A DNA stretch of 43,016 nucleotides, taken from assembly GCA_032718475.1 (NCBI GenBank), contig JAUCBJ010000957.1, positions 1 to 43,016 on the forward strand, written 5' to 3'. Under the pieces are notes generated by a model. The model was not told the origin of the DNA and made no database searches. It saw only the letters and a list, made by a program, of their open reading frames with translations. Below are positions 35,752 through 43,016 of this stretch, in pieces. Position numbers and translations under genes: made by a program. Within the stretch, counting starts at the first letter, position 1; every line of letters starts with the position of its first letter. The DNA comes from Nemertoderma westbladi. Lineage: Eukaryota; Animalia; Xenacoelomorpha.

Positions 35752-36057
35752 GCAGCAGCTTGGTCTAGTGGTGACATTACTGTGCTTCCGATTAGGGAGC
35801 CCGGGTTCGATCCCTAGATGGGGCAGCACTGTTTGGGCACAGTACTTTAAATGCTGCAGCCTAGCCCAACCCCGGCTTTCATCCTTCAGTGGTCGATAAA
35901 TGGGAACCAAGGCAACTTGGGAAACAAAGTGGAAGGGTTTACTGTGGAAGATCACCCATAGTGGTGAACAGGCATTCCTTGGCTTAACGAGCCTAAAAGA
36001 ACTGGTACAGTAACTGGTAAGTGGCACATGCTGGATTCAATTTGTACCAACCACCCA
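35752..36057 (+). mobile_element. tRNA-derived SINE (second family)
   Basis: A box tggtctagtgg, B box ggttcgatccc, central ctttcatccttcagtggtcgataaatgggaacca similar to the 28.6-kb SINE core. Confidence 0.8.
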
Positions 36058-36080
36058 TCGATGTTTGTGGCTCGAGCCAC

Positions 36081-36353
36081 GAAATGAGCGAAAGCCTTAG
36101 CATAAGGGTACCATTAATGATGTCTGTCGTCGTCGTAAATTTTTGATTGCTAATAACTCGGTTATTCCTTAATGAAATTAAACGAAACTTGGTACGTATG
36201 TAGTCTGTCGAAAGTTTAGAAAGAATCTGAATTTTGGTAAAAACGAACGAACGCAACGAGGCAAATGAAGGAGACGAGTATTGTGTTGACGACATCTGAC
36301 TAACGAGACAACTCGTTAATGGGGCCCCTATATGCTAAGGCTTTGCTCACTTC
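36081..36353. mobile_element. MITE-like element with ~37-bp imperfect inverted repeats
   Basis: gaaatgagcgaaagccttagcataagggtaccattaa versus ttaatggggcccctatatgctaaggctttgctcacttc. A related end lies at 33281-33325. Confidence 0.65.
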
Positions 36354-36380
36354 ACACGAACGTGTAAAAATCTGCAAAAT

Positions 36381-36560
36381 TACTACTAGAATCGGCATGC
36401 TGCATTGCAGCTGCATTTTTAAGAATGCTGTGCCGGCTTGTCGACAAAATTACGCCGCCAAAACTCCCTATCACCCATGACATTTGCTAGATCATCCGCA
36501 TCTTCAAGGCCAGTGTCCTTTAAGATGCGTCTCAAGAAATTCATGGGCTGTCCACCATGC
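36381..36560 (-). mobile_element. RTE-like LINE 3' end
   Basis: (tac)n tail followed by the reverse complement of the RTE 3' UTR and C-terminus. Confidence 0.85.
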
Positions 36561-36759
36561 AGGTCGCAATACTAGCTTCCCTACACCTACCAGAGTCTTT
36601 GAAAAAAGTATCTCCGCAATATTGCACTTGTTACTTGTTAAACCGTAGTTGTTATTATTCAACCTTCCAGTGATTTGTTGGTGCTGATTGAAAGCTGCTG
36701 GCCATACAATGATTCCAAATAATTAGGATTAGTTCGACGAAATAGAACAGCTGGATGCC

Positions 36760-37068
36760 CTCTGGAGTCCCGAATAGACGGGGTGGGTGAAAATTTTGAA
36801 AACTTAGGCCTACTTAACTTACAGTACTTAACATACAGTATAGGCGTACAGGTACAGTACAGTTAGTACCTGTGGTTACCGGTGGTATACTCGATACACG
36901 GTTTTTGTTTTCTTTCACTTTCAACTCTCAACTATTATGAGATATAATGAGATTATTATGAGATATTATGAGATTATGACGTTATTTAATCATAATAAAA
37001 AATGTACTAAATTTTAACTATATACTATATTAATAGCCGCGTCGCCCCGTTTATTCGGGAGTCCAGAG
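36760..37068. mobile_element. Tc1/pogo-type MITE
   Basis: ctctggagtcccgaatagacgggg versus ccccgtttattcgggagtccagag followed by TA. Confidence 0.6.
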
Positions 37069-37436
37069 TATATGTCACTTGAGTTGAGTTTAGAAACTAA
37101 ATCGGATTTTTTCGTCCTCAGTTGAGAATAGGGGGGTGTTTTACAAAACAATTATTATAATTGAGGGCTAAAAAGTGTTGTTGTTTTCAGATGTCAAGTT
37201 CAGCTACACCCTATTTCTCATTTTTAGCGTAAATGTGTAGTGAAAACGCCCGTATTCAAGAAAAAACATTACAGTAGTTGTACCCTTATCTTCTAGAAAT
37301 AGATAATAGATAATATAGAAATTGCATATATTGATTTATAACACTATGTAAAGTTAAGTAGATGAAAATATCAAAATAAATGTCCAACAAGTTACTTTAT
37401 GTTCCAGAATTAGTTACATTATTTCCTCGCTACTTT

Positions 37437-38684
37437 TTACTCCCCTAGAACGACGGTACGAATGATCCTCTCCGTCACGGAATACGGATCGCAATTGGAG
37501 GAAGGCCTTCGATCCTCCAGATATCCGCACTTATCGGCGGCGACGTGACGGGGTATCCGAACGCTGGCGCCCCGGTTGGCCACCCCCGACGAGTAGTCGT
37601 CGATGTGTGCGGTCTCGTGGTCCCCGGTAAGACGCCGCTTGTTGTCCTCGCCCTGTTTCGGGTCGTACGCGGCGATGTGCTCCTCGTGGCGCGACGAGAG
37701 TCGCTCGCAAGCCGCTTCGATCGCAGAAATCCCATCTGGTTCACGCATCGCTAGAGTCGAGAAGTTGCAATGCGCACCGGAGCCGTTCCACGGCCCCGGT
37801 ACCGGCTTAGGATCAAGAGAAACAACGATTCCGAAATCCTCGGCGACTCTATGGAGAAGAAACCTCGAGACCCACAAATGGTCAGAAACGTCTATCCCCT
37901 CGCACGGACCTATCTGGTACTCCCATTGACTTGGCATTACCTCTGCGTTGGTCCCCGCTATCTTGATCCCCGCGTACAGACACGCTTTGTAATGGGCCTC
38001 GGCTATCTCCCTTCCGTAAACCTTGTCCGCACCCACCCCACAGTAGTACGGGCCTTGGGGGGCGAGATACCCCATCTTGGGCCATCCGTACGGGTGCCCA
38101 TCGCGGTCCAACACCGTGTACTCTTGCTCGATCCCAAACCACGGCTTTTCTTCCAACACTCGCTCCATTACAGCGACACAACTAGCGCGTTTGTTGCTCT
38201 CCGCTTTGACCCAGTTGTATTTGTAGACGTCGCACAGACAGAGTTTGTTGTTCCCGCGACGGAAAGGGTCTCGGAACAAAGCTACCGGTTTTAGAAACAT
38301 GTCGCTGTTAGACCCTTCGGCCTGGTAGGTCGATGAACCATCGTAGTTCCATACAGGTAATTCCGTGGGCGATTTTGGTACAAAGTCGAAGGTTTTTGTT
38401 TTGCATCGAAGACCTTCGCCGGTTCCGTCTATCCATATGTACATGACCTGGACCAATTCCTCCAAGGGTTCCAGGGTTAAGTAGTGCTGCAGCACCGACT
38501 TCTTACCCATATCGTCAAGTGCGCCTCCGATGGAACACATTGTTCTAAGACTGATTACTGGTACCGGTACAGGTTGCACCCAAGTTATATTGTTACGACA
38601 GACAACTGAATTAACACAAAATGTATTACTCTGATGGAAAACTGAACGTGGAACTGATTTTATAATTTGGCGCAAACACGTCAT
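37437..38684 (-). CDS. GLUL: Glutamine synthetase type II with N-terminal extension (putative mitochondrial targeting peptide), single-exon CDS
   Basis: [78 protein letters not shown] and GYLEDRRP are all GSII motifs. Confidence 0.97.
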   Translation of the reverse strand: MTCLRQIIKSVPRSVFHQSNTFCVNSVVCRNNITWVQPVPVPVISLRTMCSIGGALDDMGKKSVLQHYLTLEPLEELVQVMYIWIDGTGEGLRCKTKTFDFVPKSPTELPVWNYDGSSTYQAEGSNSDMFLKPVALFRDPFRRGNNKLCLCDVYKYNWVKAESNKRASCVAVMERVLEEKPWFGIEQEYTVLDRDGHPYGWPKMGYLAPQGPYYCGVGADKVYGREIAEAHYKACLYAGIKIAGTNAEVMPSQWEYQIGPCEGIDVSDHLWVSRFLLHRVAEDFGIVVSLDPKPVPGPWNGSGAHCNFSTLAMREPDGISAIEAACERLSSRHEEHIAAYDPKQGEDNKRRLTGDHETAHIDDYSSGVANRGASVRIPRHVAADKCGYLEDRRPSSNCDPYSVTERIIRTVVLGE

Positions 38685-39849
38685 AATTTGTAATTGCTAA
38701 CATAACTTTAGCAGAATGTTAAAGCATTATACACTACTGCAGTACAAGCAGTCACATGATTGGACACATTGACAGGTAAAATATTCTGATCTACCAATGA
38801 GAAATGATAACGAGTTCGAATAGTGCGCCAGTTCCCAATAAGAGCTATAACCTCTACCGACCATTTCGAAGAATATTTTTGGTATCGATTGCATCATAGC
38901 TATACAATATAATTATACCTATTAAATCGCATGAGGGTCCTGTTCCGTTCCTGTTGGGTGCGTGGGTAAATGGAATGGAGGGGGAGCCAATTCTGGATAA
39001 AGTAAAGATATATATTAAAGAATAGTTGTCAACAAAGAAAAAAATAGACATGCCGCATGATATGGGATTCCTGAAGGAATTATTGTAGCAATCATCAATA
39101 CACGATAGTGCCACAACATTTGTGTCTTAAAAATAAATAAATATTCGCCTGGAAAAGTGTACTGTATATCCACCAGCCACCACTAAAATTTGCTGCCGTT
39201 TTTTTTAAGCAGAAAAGTTCTAAATATGACTAACTAATAATACTTATAATTATTTATAAAAAATATTGTATAACTAACAACCTACTGTAGTTATGGTTTG
39301 TTATACGGCTTATTTTGCTTCCGGTGAATATATCCGTAGGCTTACTGTATAGTATAACAACCTCTACAACATTGAATAACATCAGTATGCACTGTGCGGT
39401 GCGCAATATGCTGTAAGGTTATTTATTTTTTTTTTATTTGTAGGTGATCTAATGGGCATTAACAATTATTCAATCAAATTGAAACCAATCCAACTATCTA
39501 CAATTTATTACAACAGTTTTTCTAATAAATTAAAATTTAAATTGCACTAAATTAACACATGGATTAAATATATTTATTAACACTAAAAAGACAATATATA
39601 TTTATTTTATTATACAATTATTTCCGATTAATAAAAATTTATAATAATAATTGTAAATAATTACCAGCATAATTATTTCAAAGGAAATAAGATAAGTATT
39701 TATATTAGATAAATCATAAAAATATAAATAATGCCCTTTAAATGTGTCAGGAATTTAATTTAATAAAACTCATAAAATGATTAGTTCATGTTGAGAAACA
39801 TGATGAACGAATTCGAATCTAGGGCCCATATACTGTAACTCTCTGTAAG

Positions 39850-41480
39850 ACTCAACTATGCCTGATGATTCCTTTGATACAAGCAGCATTACCTGCCTGC
39901 ACACAGACTCCAATGCGTTTACGCAGGTGTTCAATGGCCCTCTTATTCCCGCTGACTTTCTCTACATGCCGGCCAAGTTCGCGGAGGAAGTCCATGACGT
40001 GCTAGTACCAACACTGCCCAAGGTCTGCACTGCTGCAACAGGCTGTACTATATACTGTAGCTCGGAGACAGATCGCTGTATTTCCATATCTTCCGGTCCT
40101 CGGTTAAGTTGGCAACAGTGAACCGTCGCTAGAGGCTATGACCTGGTAAGATGGGACGAGTCGGTGAGTACAGGTGAAATCCCAGACTAGGGGGGAGCCC
40201 CTGGAGCATGGTAGTAAGGTCGCACCATCCGGATCATTTCGGTAAAAAGTTAAATAACTGTCTAACCTTAGGCCAAGTGGAGCAGATGTCAAAGTATTCA
40301 GCCAATCGCCAGATCCCGGTGCCTTGCACACTTTAAGGCGAGAAAGAGAGGAAAGGTCAGGTCGCTGGGAGAGGTTTTCAACTCGATGTTGCACGATGGG
40401 CTCCATCCAATTCCGCTGACTGGATGGTTCTTCAGGAAATGAGGGAACAGGTAGAGGCTTTTCCAAGAATATAACGCCACTGCATCGAATGGCAACGTGG
40501 AGACAGGCTCAATAATCTTCGCTATCAGGTCCCTATTCCTGTTTAGTGATGCAAGGAATGCGGCTGGTGCAGTGTGGGATACAAATGGCACTCCTGACCC
40601 TCCTAACCGGCAGGGGAGGGTTGACTGATCCCAAGAGTTTGGATACATTTTTACGTTGGTGAATTTCTCCAGTGTATCTTTTAGTATCTTTTAGATGGAA
40701 GGTGGGTGAACTACGCAGGACATACGTGAGTTTAGGCATTGCCATGCAGTTCTTCAGGAGAAAAAATGCATCGCGATGTCCCAGTTTCTTGAGGCGGGAG
40801 TGCAAGATATGGAGCATTTCGACCTTCTCCTTGAGAGTAGAACTCAGGGCAGTACTTCCTAATGGTGCCCCAAGAAGACATAAGTCATCCGCAAGAGTTT
40901 CTCTAATATTGGTGCAGGCTGATTTGAAGGCGTCAAGGGTTTGGTCGTGGCCGTGGAGAATACACAGCACATACTTTTCCTCATTCAGGTAGAGTCCAAG
41001 TCTTCGCATGAGGAACGAAACTCCAAAAAATTTGAAAGGACTATCTCCCAATTGCCAGCTGAGTTTACATCATCTGCATAACCTACCTTCAACTCTGTCT
41101 GGAAGATGGCAAGCTTTTGATGGAGGCATTCACAAAAACCTAAGATAACCAGGGATCACCTTTCTGGAAGCCATCTGCAGATAAAATGATGTTGTTATCA
41201 TCTCATAACAATGAAGGAAGAAAGAGATAAGCTGCGGGGTTCTTTCAGCAAGACATTCTGCAACATGGTCCCTTCTCATTGTGTTAAACGCATTAGAGAA
41301 GTTCAACTTTAATTCAGAGGCGAATTTCGGTGAGACTGATCTGGTGGCACACTTGGCTGTTAGACGCCCGAGGGTCTCTCCCACAGTGATAGGCCGGATA
41401 CCATCTCCTTTCTTAAGGAAAGCGCTCATTGAAGCTCCAGCTACAGTAGGACAAGACGAACTGAACGGGGGACATCTGCT
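39850..41480 (-). mobile_element. Decayed CRE-like non-LTR retrotransposon (RT plus restriction-like endonuclease remnants)
   Basis: GIRPITVGETLGRLTAKC, KLNFSNAFN, LLGAPLG, LPCRLGGSG, GDWLNTL..LGLRLD and PDGATLLPCSRGSPLVWDFTCTH, spread across frameshifted ORFs. Confidence 0.85.
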
Positions 41481-43016
41481 GACAAGATCTTGTTGACCAG
41501 TGAGGTGAGTTATTATATTAGTTGTTAATTAATTACAGTATAATATAATTAGATAAAAATTAATATTTACCATTAAAAATACTATTAAAAAAATGAGGTT
41601 GTCATGACTTATAGAAAAAGAGCAGTAATGTAAAAAATCAAAAGCCAACAAGCAACAACGCCCTCGTAAAACCATGTACTGTAACATCTCGAATATATAT
41701 ATGCGGACATATATCAGTATGGAACAAAGTTATTATTAAATCAATTAATGCGCGACTACGGGATACATATTGATATTGATAATTAGTGTAGGCCTACTGT
41801 AGTGTATATTGGCTGTCTGTCGACATACAGTAATATGTATAAATCAGAGGTTCGAAGTTTATGTGGATATCAAGGGCATGTTGCTATGCAAATATGAACT
41901 GTTGCTATGCAAAACAGAAATTGAAAATATGTGAATATTGTTCCTTAGTATAGTCAGCCGATATTGTGGGTCTGTAGAGACGTTTCTGGAACCAGCCGAA
42001 AAGCTGTTGATATGCTGATGGCTGCTATGCAGATTGTTAGAGTTGTCAACTTTTAAGTCCTTTTTCACCTGGTTCGCTGGTTGCTATGGTCGAATTTTTA
42101 TCCCCTGTAAACTACAGTACGGTACATTCAACAAATTCCATATTATTTGTCAAACTTGTTTGCATTGTGCACGTCTGCACGTGCATGCTCAAGCACAGAC
42201 TGACAGACTGGCGAGATGTGTGCAGTAGGTTCAGGTAACGACTTACTGCTGTACTGTACTGACTTATTTTGACTGGGCATATCTGCCTATCACAAATGTT
42301 GCTTGTTGGATTTACTGATTTATGCTGTACTGCTGTACAGCTGGGCCATAGCCTGATAGCTGCCTACCGCCCTACCAGCCTACTGAGTGACAGACCGAAC
42401 GTAATCCTGTAATCAGGATCGATTGTAACATAGCTGCAAAGTTTTTACGAATCGAACGTAACCTCAATTACAGTTACATTGGTAACACTATGTTACAGTT
42501 ACATTCGATCTACAAATTACTAAGCCCGAATGTAACATACATTTAGGCCTATTTCAGTTGTGTTTTGATTTCAGGAGTTAACCGATGAAATGATTATTTT
42601 ATTTACAGGAAGAAACTGTTTGGTGAGTATACAAAACAAAGACCCAATTAACAGATTAAGTAACCTGCATAATCTTGTAAGATAAGATAAGATAAGATAT
42701 GTATATTTTTACTACTTGAAGAAATCATAACCATATTGACATGCATCATAATATAATTATATAAAACTTAAACAAGCGATAGTATGACAGTCAGACAGTA
42801 TGAATTCATCATGCAGATGGAGGCCGGACGGGTTGAACCCATTATTTCGGACACCATATTAATACTACAAAAGTTACTGTACTACACTACTGTGACTGTA
42901 CTACACTATGTAATCGTAATCATGAAAATTATTTAGTATTTTAAATGTATTTTAAATTTCAATATTTACTATTTATATATTATTATGCTAAAGTTTGGTA
43001 CCATTTAAAGGCTATT

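Noticed and set aside
30923-38294. Short ORFs overlapping TM7SF3 and GS in other frames or strands
   Set aside because: They are shadow ORFs expected in GC-rich coding sequence.
38854-39114. Possible THAP-like ORF (SCIDDCYNNS...SIFFF)
   Set aside because: Non-ATG start, and the conserved W and C-x-x-H-F residues are missing.

Overview
AT-rich, repeat-dense eukaryotic (invertebrate metazoan-type) genomic DNA, not prokaryotic. Five host genes each have an uninterrupted single-ORF CDS: CSTPP1/C11orf49, RNA polymerase II subunit RPB11 (POLR2J), a 16-finger C2H2 zinc-finger protein, TM7SF3 and a type II glutamine synthetase with an N-terminal extension. The rest is decayed non-LTR retrotransposons (RTE-like, CRE-like and one unassigned LINE), tRNA-derived SINEs, MITEs, foldback elements and satellites. 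The most striking object is a 4.5-kb non-coding insertion (11872-16362) of about 5.6 near-identical ~800-bp units. Each complete unit carries a hammerhead-ribozyme-like core on the minus strand. The insertion is bounded by a 13-bp target-site duplication inside an RTE LINE and ends in a short inverted segment, which suggests a retrozyme/Penelope-type concatemer. Also notable: LINEs flanked by very long (130 and ~315 bp) direct repeats, a 41-bp micro-transposon with an 8-bp TSD, and abundant TA-CWG-TA, TA-GGCC-TA and TA-CCGG-TA motifs that behave like transposon excision footprints. All coordinates were read by eye; repeat boundaries are approximate.
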